DNA of 62,968 nucleotides, filler included, from Octopus bimaculoides (Eukaryota): NCBI RefSeq assembly GCF_001194135.2. It is 4 parts of 4 records of this genome, joined end to end, with 100 filler letters (N's around TTAATTAATTAA, not from the genome) between each part and the next. Parts side by side here need not be neighbours in the genome. Positions count along the whole stretch, not along the records: positions 23,017 to 50,064 come from NC_068996.1; positions 50,165 to 56,627 come from NC_068990.1; 2 more parts are not named here. The stretch is one strand, 5' to 3'. Under the pieces are notes generated by a model that saw only the letters and a list, made by a program, of their open reading frames with translations, made no database searches and had not been told where the DNA came from. Below, one piece after another: positions 41,511-53,379 of this stretch (its first letter is position 1; each line of letters opens with the position of its first letter). The position numbers and the translations under genes are program-made.

Positions 41511-41554
41511 CATTGATTGATGACAATTTGTTTCTTTTAAATGGTTCAAGTTCA
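41511..41554 (-). CDS. Candidate 44-nt exon (phase 2-1)
   Basis: ctatgtacag|T GAA CTT GAA...ATC AAT G|gtgaga; ELEPFKRNKLSSIN. Confidence 0.4.
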
Positions 41555-43130
41555 CTGTACATAGTCTAAGCACTGTCTATATACATAGTCTTAACATAGA
41601 CTGTACAAGATCTATACGTGGTGTATTTATAGTCTATCCATTGTCTATACCTGGATTGTGCATGGTTAATCATGCTGGATACACCTATACTTGATTGTAC
41701 ATTGTCCAAATATGTTCCGCATAAAGTCTATATATATGGTCTATTGCTGGTCTATAGACATATGGGCTATAATGACTGTAGAACAGGTCAGAAAAGACAG
41801 TGACAAAAATAGCTTCTATGTCTAAAAATCTGTAATTGTGTTTCTGTATTTGTGTGTCATAAAAACAATAACAGAAAGCAAAAGAGAGATCAGTAAAAAA
41901 AAAAGAAGAGTAGTGGAGAATGGAGAGGGGGAAGAAATAAAGAGAAAGTGGTGAAGAAATAGACAATAGATCATGGAGGTAGGGGAGAGAAAGTGAGGAT
42001 TGGGGAGAGAGAGGTTGAGATTTAATCAGTGGTATGATGTGCCTAAGAAAATAAATTATATTTTATTTTCTTTTTTAATTTCAAATGTCTTCATGTTTTT
42101 TTTTTTATTTTAAAAGAAGGTGTTTCACAGCTGGATACCTTTCCACATTCATGCAAACACATATACCACACACACACAATTCACACTGATTTAATCAATT
42201 GTCTTTAGATAGATGTACCAGAACATGTCACCATAGTAACATTATGGAGGTGTGGTGATTATATCTGCCAGAGCACACATTTTACACATCGTTGCTCTTC
42301 TTCCTAACATGACAAATCTCTTTTACCTTCTATGTCTACATTGGTTTGCTATGTCTGCATTGCAATGGCTCAAACCTCTTATATGGTGATTTGATCTGCT
42401 AGATATTGCAGCCAAATCTTCTGCAAATTACATTGTACCATTTAAAAAAAAAATGTCAGACATTAAATAATGTAGTTAAAGATACATTATCTCTCTGTCT
42501 TTTATTTGTTTCAATCATCAGACTGTGGTCATGCTGGGACACCTCCATGAATTATTCAGCCAAAACAAATCAACCCCAGTTATTATTTTTTTTTTCAAGT
42601 CTTTTACTTATTCTACTAGTCTCTTTTGCCAAACTGCTAAGTTACAAAGATATAAAACAAACCAACATTGGTTGCCATACAGTGGTACAAACACAAACAC
42701 ACACAAATATATACTCGACAGGCTCCATACAGATTCTGTCTACCAAACTCACTCACAAAACTTTGGTCAGTTGAGGTTATATTAGACGAGACTTGACTAA
42801 GGTGCTATAAAGTGGAACTGAACCTAGCACAAGATGGTTGAAAAGCAAACTTCTTAACCATACAGCCATACCTGATGTCTAAATGAAAAGTATGGGATGG
42901 TCATGATTGGAATGTCTTTGCTCCATCAGAGTTGATCTGTAGCTAAATAACATCAACACCTTCAAAGAAGTATTTTATGAAAACAGACAACTGTAGCAAA
43001 GCACCTGTAATTAAATTCATAGTTTCACAACTACAGACAGTTTTTCACTCATGAATACTTCAATTAACTTATTAACCTTCAACCTGGTCGTTAATAACCA
43101 AAAATAGGAGACAATAAATATTTTCACATC

Positions 43131-43527
43131 TCTTTTATTCTTTTACTTATTTCAGTCATTTGACTGTGGCCATGCTGGAGGACCACCTTTAGTCAAACAA
43201 ATCGACTCCAGGACTTATTCTTTGTAAGCTTAGTACTTATTCTATTGGTCTCTTGCAGAACAGCTAAATTACGGGGACGTAAACAAACCAATGTCGGTTA
43301 TCAAGCAATGGTGGGGTGAACAAACACAGACACACAAATACACACACACACACACATATATATATATATGACAGGCTTCTTTCAGTTTCTGTCTACGAGA
43401 TCCACTCACAAGGCTTTGGTCGACCTAAGGCTATAGAAGACACTTGTCCAAGGTGTCACGCAGTGGGACTGAACCTGGAACCATGAGGTTGGGAAGCAAG
43501 CTTCTTACCACACAGCCATGCCTATGC
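43131..43527 (-). mobile_element. SINE family A, best full-length copy
   Basis: Minus strand: GCATAGGCATGGCTGTGTGGTAAGAAGCTTGCTTCCCAACC...GGTTCAGTCCCACTGCGTGACACCTTGGACAAG (head plus CORE-like), internal (AT)/(GT) tract, tail ...CCAGCATGGCCACAGTCAAATGACTGAAATAAG. Confidence 0.9.
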
Positions 43528-45111
43528 CTATATCTTGTATATATTATAGATGAAAGAATCTCAACTCAACTAGTTGTAGCAGACTAACAGTAGTGTGGTG
43601 GACTTAATTCACTGACTGGTTGAACAGAACAAGCTGGCACTCTGAATGCATTAAACAGAGTTTAATCGGACCAGGTTTCTGGTATGAGGATATGTGCCTT
43701 CCTCTTACTGATTTCAGATGCCCATTGAGATATATATATATATATATATATAAACAAACATGGTCTGATCAATAAGGACCCTTCACTCTTGACCTACAGA
43801 TCATCACCACCATCATCATTTTATGTTCATCTTTCATGCTGATATGGATTAGATGGTTCAACAAGAGGACTGTGTTGAATTTTTGTGTCTATTTTGGTAT
43901 GATTTCTACAGCTGAATGCCCTTCCTAATGCTAACCACTTTACAGAGTACACTCAGTGCTTTTTTTTGTGCCATCTACCTTACTGAGGTTACCATGTAAC
44001 TCACAAGACAAGACCCTTTGACAGTGTTGAGTGGGTGAGTGAAGTATTGACAGAGGTGGTTTCAAGCTTGATGATGAGAGGTTCAAGTACAATAGAGGGA
44101 CAGGCACAGATGCCTTGCTGTAGAAGAAATTAAGAAGAAAAAGTATTCTGTTCTATGATTTTGAAATATGATTGTCATATTCAAGGTATTGTGTAGTTTG
44201 TTGAAGAAAATTTGGCAGTTAAACTTAATAGATTAAACAACTGCATAAAAACGCCATCATCAGTTTGTATAATCACCATTTTAAAGACAATAAATTAATG
44301 ATTTATTCATGTCCTAAACATTTATTTTTGCATGCTTGAAAAGATGACATATCAATTTGGACATGGTTCTCATGTTAGCAATTAAACATATTCACCACTA
44401 TTGATTGACTATTGATGGACTTTTGATGGTTTGTATTTGTATAAAGTAATCGGTAAATTAAAACAGAATCTGAAGTAGAGATGAATATTTGTTTCAAACA
44501 AGAACATTATTTATGAAATAACTGCTAAGATGTTAAAATAGCCATCTGTAAATTATAATGTATACACACTGTCAGTAGGCCAGTTACTGCAGTATTTGTC
44601 CTGAGATAGCATTTTTCACGGACATGCTGTGTTAAAAACAATAAATATCAGCAAGAGAAAAAGTGAGAGAGAGGGCAGGGGGTAACTGTAAATGATATTA
44701 TACAACAATGTTCCAAGGTGACACAAAACCAATTTAACAGGTCCACTGAATGGAAAGATGTTAACTGCTTCTCTTTCTGAAATATCTGTTTAAAATATCA
44801 AATACTTAAGCATTTTTTTTTTTTGCTTCTTGGAATACAATATATACTGTTTTTGTTTTTATTTAAATGCAGTGAATCTAAATGAAATATTGTAATCTAA
44901 TGTATTTATGCAATACTCAACTCTCAATTGACATTGACTACTTAAGCTGTTACCCAGTGGTACCACAGGGTCAGCTGTTGTGGTCATTTCAGTACTAACC
45001 ACAACATAAATTGATATATAGTCTGCAGTTTCAAAATAGGTAGGATTAACTAAACAAGTACTCTATCATGAAACTATTAATAGCTCTTTTGTAATTATGT
45101 ATATTAAATGA

Positions 45112-46009
45112 TGAGGTCTGGTCAATAAGTATCCAGACTGTTGCCATAGTAATGAAGTTAAAGCATGCAGAATGAAGTCGCTTGGTTACAGATTGACCTT
45201 GGACTTTGCTGTACATGCATAAATCTTAATGTTCTAGCTCACTTCTGCTGTTGACAGCAGTGCTTGGAAGGAACATGTATAGCATGTGATCGTCGCATTG
45301 ACTATCACAGAGAAAGTTGTCATGGTGATACTTGCTCAGAGGCCTACGCAAAGTTGCAGAAAGTGTACGGAGAGGAGTGTATGAGCCACACACAAGTGTA
45401 CGAGTGATTCAGAGTTCAAAGATGGCCAAAAAAATGTTGATAGTGACAAACGTTCTGGGACCAGCAAAACTGCAACCAGCAGAACTGAGAAAAACACTAC
45501 AGACATGCATGCAGCTTCGAGGGGAAATCATCGAATCATCAACCATGAGTTACCAGAGGACGTGCAGATTAGTTACAGTCCAGTTCAGTCCATTATCACT
45601 GAAAATTTGGCTACAAGAATCATGTCTGCCAAGTTTGTGCCAAAACTGCTTTCAGCTGACCAAAAAGATTCTCGGGTTTCAGTTGCACAAAATCTTCTTG
45701 ATTGTGTAGAAAACGATAAAAACCTTTTGAAAACTTTGCGAAGGCCTCTGAGCACATATTGCCAAACTTTTGGCAAAATTTGATGCAGATTCTCTACTCA
45801 ACTTTCTCAATCATAGTCAATGCAATGATCACACACTAGACATGTTCCTTCCAAGCACTGTTGTAAACAGTGGAAGTGAGCTAGAACCTTAAAACTTAGT
45901 ATGCATGTACAGCAAAGTTTAAGGTCCAATCTGTGTCAAGCAGCTTCACCTTGTGTGCTTTAGCTTCATTACTATAGCAACAGTCCGGATACTTATTGAT
46001 CAGACCACA
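45112..46009 (+). mobile_element. Non-autonomous mariner with very long inverted repeats; transposase N-terminal half only
   Basis: Ends GAGGTCTGGTCAATAAGTATCCAGACTG and CAGTCCGGATACTTATTGATCAGACC. Internal CSEAYAKLQKVYGEECMSHTQVYE*F...SYSPVQSIITENLATRIMSAKFVPKLLSADQKDSRV (FVPKLL is the WVPHEL-equivalent motif). No catalytic domain. Confidence 0.9.
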
Positions 46010-47470
46010 AATATCTATTATATTCTTTTACTTGTTTCAGTCATTTGACTGCGGCCATTATATGTGATAGTTTTTGGTAAGCAGTGTCAACTTTTACAAT
46101 TCTGTAAATGATAATATTTTATAAGCTTAAACCTTATATGCAATCACCATGTATTGACTAAAGAAAATAGTCTAGGATTGAGACCCTCGATGGAAAAGGA
46201 GTGGGTTTTCCTTAGACACACACACACACGTGTGCATATGTGTATACAAACACATAAAAATGTACACTTCAAACTGCTTACCTGAACAAGTGCATTTAAA
46301 CATTTTGAGGAAAACAAATTTTAAAAAAGTTATAACTAGGCAAGCTGGCAGGATCATTTGTGCATCTTTTGATTATTATGCTCTGAGTTCAAATCCTGCA
46401 GAGGTCAACTTTGCCCTTCATCCTTTCGGAGAGTGGGGAGGGTGTCAATAAAATAATATACCAGTAAAGTAACGGTAGTGATGGTAGCAATAGTGGCCGT
46501 AATGGGTAGGTGGAGTATAGTAGATTATACCCAGCTCCCTAAAAACAGTCAGCCCTGTGCTTTGTAGTAGAAACCTTCTTTCTCCTACTGAGCACCACCA
46601 CCACTGACATCACCATCATCATCATCACTATTTTAAAAAATGTACGTAGCAGTTGTAAATTGGTACCTATTAGAAAGGCTATACTACCTATCCCTGATTC
46701 TGACACCCTTTCTCTCCCCCACTGTCCTCACAATGAATTATTTGGCCATTTGCCAATAGTTGCAAGTCAATGTTATCAGGTGAGTTTAAGGCAGGTGTTT
46801 AGTAATTAAACGACATTTCCTCATTCCATCAATTCTGTAGTTTAATGTAAACAGTTGGTGGGCCGGTACACAACGACAACGATTAAGTTATACTAGACTA
46901 TCATTTCCGGAGACTGGCAGTATATAGCTGCTAAAGATAACAACACACTTTATGAAGTAGTAGAGGTGGTGGTATTGATGGTAATAGTAGTGGTATTGAT
47001 GGGGATAGTAGTGGAACAGTAGAGGTGGTGGTAATAGATGTGGTGATAGTAGTAGTTGTAGCAGTAGAGGTGGTAGTAGTAGTGGTGGTGGTAGTGATGA
47101 TAGTAGTAGTTGTGATAGTAGTAATAATAGTAAGGATAGTAGTAATAACAGTAGTGATGGTGGTAGTGGGGGGATGTAAGTAGTGTTGTATCATCATTTA
47201 CCTCTCAGGTCAGCTGTCTCAGAAAAACCTGTGATCAAAGGTATTCCAGTAATGACCATCCACCCATTTACAATATTAGCGGACATCGTATCTTATACTG
47301 CACTATCCAATATAATCATCTTGTTTATAAAGGCATACTGTGAATTAAAAGGTATTTGGCTGCTGTTTCTAACCTCTCCCTCCTTTTATGTTCAAAGAGA
47401 CTTTTCTGATATTGATCTGTAACTTGGAAGGGAGGAAGATGGTCAGTCAATATCATCAGTCCCCACATAT

Positions 47471-47542
<72 letters not shown>

Positions 47543-48326
47543 GAGAGAGTGTGTGTGTGTGTGTGTGTGTGCGTGCTCCCCACTAAACTCTTCAATGCAT
47601 TGCCCCAGCAATGCCAGAGTCCAATGACTGAAACAGGTAGAAGATGCGATAGATGGAGATTTGGGGTCAATGTCCTGCCAGGGAGAGTCAGTTCTGCAAG
47701 TGCAGACATGGCTGTGTGGTAAGAAACCACAGGATTCTGGGTTCAGTCCCATCTGGGGCAAGTACCTTCAACTATAATCCCAGACCAACCAAAGCCTTGT
47801 TAGTGAATCTGGTAGACGGAAACTGAAAAGTTCACTCATCTCTGTGTGCGTGCATTTGTGTGCGTGCGTGCGTTTGTGAGTGTGTGCATTTGTGAGTGTG
47901 CATGTGTGTGTGTGAGTGCTTGTGTGTGTGCTTGTGCGTGCTTGTGTACATGCTTGTGTGCATAGTGTGTGCAGTGTGTGTGTAGTGTATGTGTATGTCT
48001 GTGTAGTGTGTGTATTTGTGTGCGTAGTGTATGTGTGTTGTGTATGTGTAGCGTATGTGCTTGTGCATGTAGCATGTGTGCTTGCGCATGTAGCGTATGT
48101 GCTTGCACATGTAGCGTATATGTGTGCAGTGTATGTGTTTGGTCCCCACCACAGCTTGACAACCAGTGTTGATTTGTTTACATTCCTGTAACTCAGTGGT
48201 TTGGTACAAAAGGCCAATAGGTTAAGTACCAGGCTTAAAAAAATAAGTACTGGGATCGATTCATTTGATTAAAACCTTTCAAGGTAGTACCTAGTCATGG
48301 CTGCAGTACAATGACTGAAAGATAAA

Positions 48327-48366
<40 letters not shown>

Positions 48367-49341
48367 AGTGAGATCCAAAATGATTATAGTACAGACAGTC
48401 CTTTAACCTCAAGCATAGAGGTGGCTTGTATAGATAACACAAAGCAGATAATAACCAATAAAGTTAATTAATCAACATTTATTGTATACTTCATCCCATA
48501 CTGAATTAGACAGACATCCTGACAATGAACCTGCAAACAACAGGTAAAAAGTTTCAGAAGAAGTGGGAAGTTGAGCATATTTGAAGCCTTACAATTACAT
48601 AACTTCTGTTCAGTTTCTCTTGGAAACATATGTAGTACATATTTACCTACTTCATTCCCTACACTCACTGATACACACATGCCTTTTGGCATTGATACTG
48701 CTTCCATCACTAATAATTTATTTTTAATAAGCTTACTGGCTATTTTCAACATCAGAGTCTGAAAATATGCTGAAAGACCATATATATCATAGCAGCAAGA
48801 TTTGACTGGCATGTGGTCACCTGGTGCTTCTGCTGATGAGTTTCAATAGAACTAAATGTGATATGGGAATTCTGGCACCTATGACAAATGAATTTCATCT
48901 ACTATGATCTATGTGTGTGCTTTTATGTACCAAGTGACTATACAAGAGGCTCTCTCAAGGTTAATAACACAATATTTGGTGTTCTAACAAGGCGTCCATG
49001 TTAAGAGGGATATAAAGATTACCTTTTGATATTAATACGGCTTCAGTTGCAAATAATCAATTTATACACACACACACACACATATGTGTGTGAGTGTGTG
49101 AGTGTGTGCCTAAACTTAAATACCATATTCACCTGAATCAAAATTTTTTACATACATATATATCTATATATATATATATATTTTTATATATAACGTTGAC
49201 CACTAACGTGGACATTCAATGTGCTAGAAATAGATCACATCTTGTGTCTACTAAGACCTAAATTGTTCTCAAAACGAAATTTAGCAGAATACCAAAGCGT
49301 AAGCGGGCAAGACTTAAAATTACTGAAAAACATCATTATTA

Positions 49342-49401
49342 AACAGGGACCGGTTTCGAAATTAACAATCTTACCGACTGTCTGTTTCTCTTCAGCCTAT
49401 T
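49342..49401 (-). ncRNA. Type I hammerhead ribozyme, intact core
   Basis: Minus strand: AATAGG CTGAAGA GAAA cag ACAGTC ggtaa GATTGT taa TTTC GAAAC CG GTC CCTGTT. Stem I AATAGG/CCTGTT (6 bp, one G-U), CUGAAGA, extended helix II, GAAAC, palindromic ACCGGT helix III, GUC cleavage triplet. Confidence 0.88.
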
Positions 49402-49700
49402 CGTAATGTAACCATAATCCTCAGAACCCTATACAAAATTGCCCACTGTCATAGGTGCACGTGTATATTAATTAATATATAATTTTTACCCTATGTTAAC
49501 GTATTAACTGTAACCAAGTTCTCAAACTGGATATATGCGATGCAGTAAATATTTTCTGCAGACATATTCCTGGAATTAGCGTGCCAAAATGAAGACCTTT
49601 GAATTTTACCATTAAGCTGTAATTAACAGAACCACATACACGTGCACCTATGACGGTGGGCAATTTTGTATAGGGTTCTGAGGATTATGGTTACATTACG

Positions 49701-49760
49701 AATAGGCTGAAGAGAAACAGACAGTCGGTAAGATTGTTAATTTTGAAACCAGTCCCTGTT
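49701..49760 (+). ncRNA. Type I hammerhead ribozyme, CpG-decayed twin
   Basis: AATAGG CTGAAGA GAAA...TTTT GAAAC CAGTC CCTGTT. C>T at 49744 (helix II closing pair) and G>A at 49751 (helix III palindrome). Confidence 0.7.
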
Positions 49761-50204
49761 TAATAATGATGTTTTTCGGTAATTTTAAATGTCTTGCCCG
49801 CTTACGCTTTGGTATTCCGCTAAATTTCATTTTGAGAACAATTTAGGTCTTAGTAGACACAAGATGTGATCTATTTCTAGCACATTGAATGTCCACGTTA
49901 GTGGTCAACATTATATATAAAAATATACTTTAATCCCCTGAGATTGCAGATATTGTTTCTGAATCTCTTTGATTCTTTAAATGTGCTAGCTTCCTGGTAA
50001 TTAATCGATATTAATTAATATATGATTTTTACCCTATGTTAATATATATATATATATATATATANNNNNNNNNNNNNNNNNNNNNNNNNNNNNNNNNNNN
50101 NNNNNNNNTTAATTAATTAANNNNNNNNNNNNNNNNNNNNNNNNNNNNNNNNNNNNNNNNNNNNGTCGTACCTAATCTGATATACATAAATTACAGAAAG
50201 GGTT

Positions 50205-50340
50205 ATGCCAAACTATGTGGTCGTGTATCTCTTATATTTTGGCATGGTTATTATGGCAGGATTCCTTTCTATTACCAACCATTATACACATGAAGAGAGT
50301 GCGTTTTATCATGCCACTAGAAGTAGAGAAATTGTTTGCT
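50205..50340 (+). CDS. Possible first coding exon (signal peptide/anchor) of the PAN-Sushi gene
   Basis: MPNYVVVYLLYFGMVIMAGFLSITNHYTHEESAFYHATRSREIVC, then T|GTGAGT, a phase-1 donor in frame with 51240. A second frame is also open, so uncertain. Confidence 0.35.
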
Positions 50341-50569
50341 GTGAGTAAAGAAGCTTCTCAATATAAATTAAGTTCCAATTTATGATTTGTGAGAACAAAA
50401 TATCCAAGAAATTAACTCAGTTTTATTTCAATGATGTTGTTGTTTGCTGCTGAAATATTTCCTTCTTGAAACACAGAACACCAACAGAAATTCACTAAGT
50501 TTAGTGATCAAAAAGTTAGAAGACTCACGAATACTAGGATTTCAATACTGTAACGGGAATTTTTTTCAG

Positions 50570-50740
50570 TCAAAATGAAGGCAAGCCATTTCCATATGTA
50601 TATCTATGAGGACCTTCAACTGGGCTGAAGTTGTAGGCCTCATTGCAATCTTTATTCTGGTCACCAACAGGAGGTTTAATCGCATTGACAGATCAGGTTT
50701 ATACAGGGACAATTGCCTCACAATTCTAAGTAATGTTAAT
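50570..50740 (+). pseudogene. Decayed exon relic, homologous to 55267-55421
   Basis: Good acceptor ttttttcag at about 50569; YIYEDLQLG*SCRPHCNLYSGHQQEV*SH*QIRFIQGQL with a frameshift and three stops. Confidence 0.5.
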
Positions 50741-51239
50741 GGCCTTACCATGAACATATAAAGAAAAACTCAAATGGAATCTTAAAGACCTAACATTTTA
50801 ACTAAATGAACATTACTTCAGACTGCAGCCATACTAGGACACTGTCCTAAAGAATTTTAGATAGATGAATTAACCCCATTAGTTACATTTTTAAAAGCTT
50901 GGAACTTTTGATGACAGTTTCTTTTGCAAAACTGCTAAGTTACAGGGACATAAACACAAAGATAAAGATTATCTGTCTGTCTGTCTCTCACTCTCACACA
51001 CACACACACACTAACACACACACATACACACACACACAGTGGACTTTCAGTTTCTGTCTACCAAATCCACTCATATGGCTTTGGTTGGCCTAAAGATATA
51101 GTAGAAGGCACTTGCTCAGAGTGTCACATAATGGAAGAGAACCTAAAATATTGTCATGTGGTTAAGAAGCAAACTTCTTACCACAAACCCACACTTGTGA
51201 GTATAAAATGTATTTCTTGTTTTCTTCTTCTTTTTTCAG

Positions 51240-51470
51240 CTGACAAGCCTTTGCAGATTAAAAAAGTTAGCATACAAGAGAAGGATAATATTGGAAGGCT
51301 TAGAAATGTGAACTTAAAGAAGTGTAATGAAGCTTGCTATCAGTATCTGGGATGTAATTCTTATCAGTACAATGAGAATGCGAAATTGTGTGATCTGAGC
51401 AATGTAACTCAGATGACTGCTAACTTGAAACCCAATAATGGCAGTTGGGATGTATACTTGAGTAACCCAG
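51240..51470 (+). CDS. PAN/Apple domain exon (231 nt, phase 1-1)
   Basis: cttttttcag|CT GAC AAG...AAC CCA G|gtctgt; DKPLQIKKVSIQEKDNIGRLRNVNLKKCNEACYQYLGCNSYQYNENAKLCDLSNVTQMTANLKPNNGSWDVYLSNP. The C-x3-C-x5-C-xSYxY-x6-CxL pattern fits a PAN core. Confidence 0.88.
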
Positions 51471-52055
51471 GTCTGTAGAGTGTTTTCATATAACTTATCG
51501 TGTCCGTCAGTGTGTACTTATATGTATATGTGTATGTTGTGTCAGTTTTGGCAGATTTTATATATATATATCTCAGGCATTGAAACCATCCTCATCATCA
51601 AAATACAGGTTAGTCAGGTCATCCCTCGCGTATGAGTGATATCAGAATTCTGAAGCCACATCTCTTTGGCTAATTCTGAACAGGAAGGTTAGTTAGGAGG
51701 CTACTATTGTGCTTCAAAGACAAGCTAAAAGACAATCTGAAGCAGTGCAACATTCCCTTTTCTTCCTGAGAAAACAAAGCATCAGAGAGCAGGGCCTGAC
51801 ACCAGTTCTGCTTCTCCGCAGTTAAAAGATTTGAACAAAGTGAACTCTAAATGGAAACCTTGCCTGTCATTATGGTTTTGTGGAATAAAATAAAGCAGGC
51901 AAGAATGAGCCACAAGCACTCAAATAAACTAAGTCGTCAACCTGTTTCATTTGCCAAAAGATTTGCAAAGTACCATCTGGCCTCAAAAGACACATGCATC
52001 ATTGTTGTTTACAACACACAAATTCATCATATATATATNNNNNNNNNNNNNNNTA

Positions 52056-52129
<74 letters not shown>

Positions 52130-53068
52130 CATATATATATATATTTAGTTAGATTGTTTAACAATCTTATAGATTAATACATGAATGTGTGTGTATGTGT
52201 ATGAATGAGTGTGATATTTATAAAATACAGAAAACATAATTAATATTTTCACTGATAAAAATTGAAGTCTTTATAAGTTACTCAAGCACACACATATGCA
52301 CATAAATATTTACTCATATGTACACATACAAACATATTTACTTGTGCATAGATATAAATATATATAAGGGAATGATATATTCTATATATCCAAGCAACAT
52401 GTGAATATGTCCATGTGTATCTGTGCATATATATCCAAATTTCTCTCAAGTGAAAAACATTGTCAACTATTCATGCAGCATCTATATTTAATAATAAATT
52501 TGTCTCCCTCTATGTTTATTTATTATTGTTTTCTGATAGAGTCTGAACATTTGTAAAAAGGAAATATTTAATGCAGCAGTTCCATTCTGGGATATGTTGT
52601 TGCATCCACTTCGAAAGATTGGGACTTTCTTATGGAGCTGTCAGCATCCATTCGCATTGGCTAGTCTATCCGGTGTTACTCATCACTGGTCACTTTGCAT
52701 CAGTTTAGCCATCACATGATTCCACCCCACTGGTTAGGTGACTAGGCTACCACTCTCTCTTGATTAAAAGGGGACTGGAGTGACACGAAACGAATTGTTT
52801 TGCTCAAGAACACAACATGCTGCCTGGTCTGGGAATCAAAGCCATGATCTTAGTGATCATGTGCGCAGCAGCCGGACCACTAGGCCACGTGCCTTCATAC
52901 ACACACACACATAAACATTCATTTATGTATCTGTTTATATCTGTGTACATATTTCATCTGTTTGTCTCAGTCAATATATTTTATTTCAAATTTGTCCTTA
53001 TCTTCTCATATTCACCCTCCTTCTCACATATAGTAACCATTGATCTCAATTTCTCTGATCACTTCCAG

Positions 53069-53239
53069 CTTTCACAATAACTGACTGCGGACGTCCAAAA
53101 GACATTGTTGGTGCATCAAAATCTTACAATGCCACCACCTATAAATCTGAAGTGATCTATACATGTGCAGAAGGAGAAAAATTAAAATCAGAATGTAAGG
53201 AGGACAGTGAATGGGCCCCATTGTCATCTGGTTGTAAAG
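53069..53239 (+). CDS. Sushi/CCP domain exon (171 nt, phase 1-1); absent from the ORF track
   Basis: acttccag|CT TTC ACA...TGT AAA G|gtaatg; FTITDCGRPKDIVGASKSYNATTYKSEVIYTCAEGEKLKSECKEDSEWAPLSSGCK, with four Cys plus Trp in CCP spacing. Confidence 0.88.
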
Positions 53240-53335
53240 GTAATGTAAATACGTTCTCTCTTGTTGCTCTTGCCTATGAAAATTTGTCTCTCTTTTTGTG
53301 TTAAGTTTATTAAGTTTATATATATTGACGCACAC

Positions 53336-53379
<44 letters not shown>

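Larger units (their letters stand above)
49177..49927. mobile_element. Fold-back non-autonomous Penelope/retrozyme-like element (290-bp inverted arms, 169-bp spacer)
   Basis: Arms 49177-49466 and 49636-49927 are reverse complements; each contains a hammerhead; no substantial ORF. Confidence 0.8.

Noticed and set aside
46172-46357. ORF MILPACLVITFLKFVFLKMFKCTCS as a signal-peptide exon
   Set aside because: Its start comes from the antisense strand of a SINE B head. The strong donor (CAG|gtaagc) at 46281 may still be used by a UTR or 54-nt exon (46282-46335), but I cannot support coding status.
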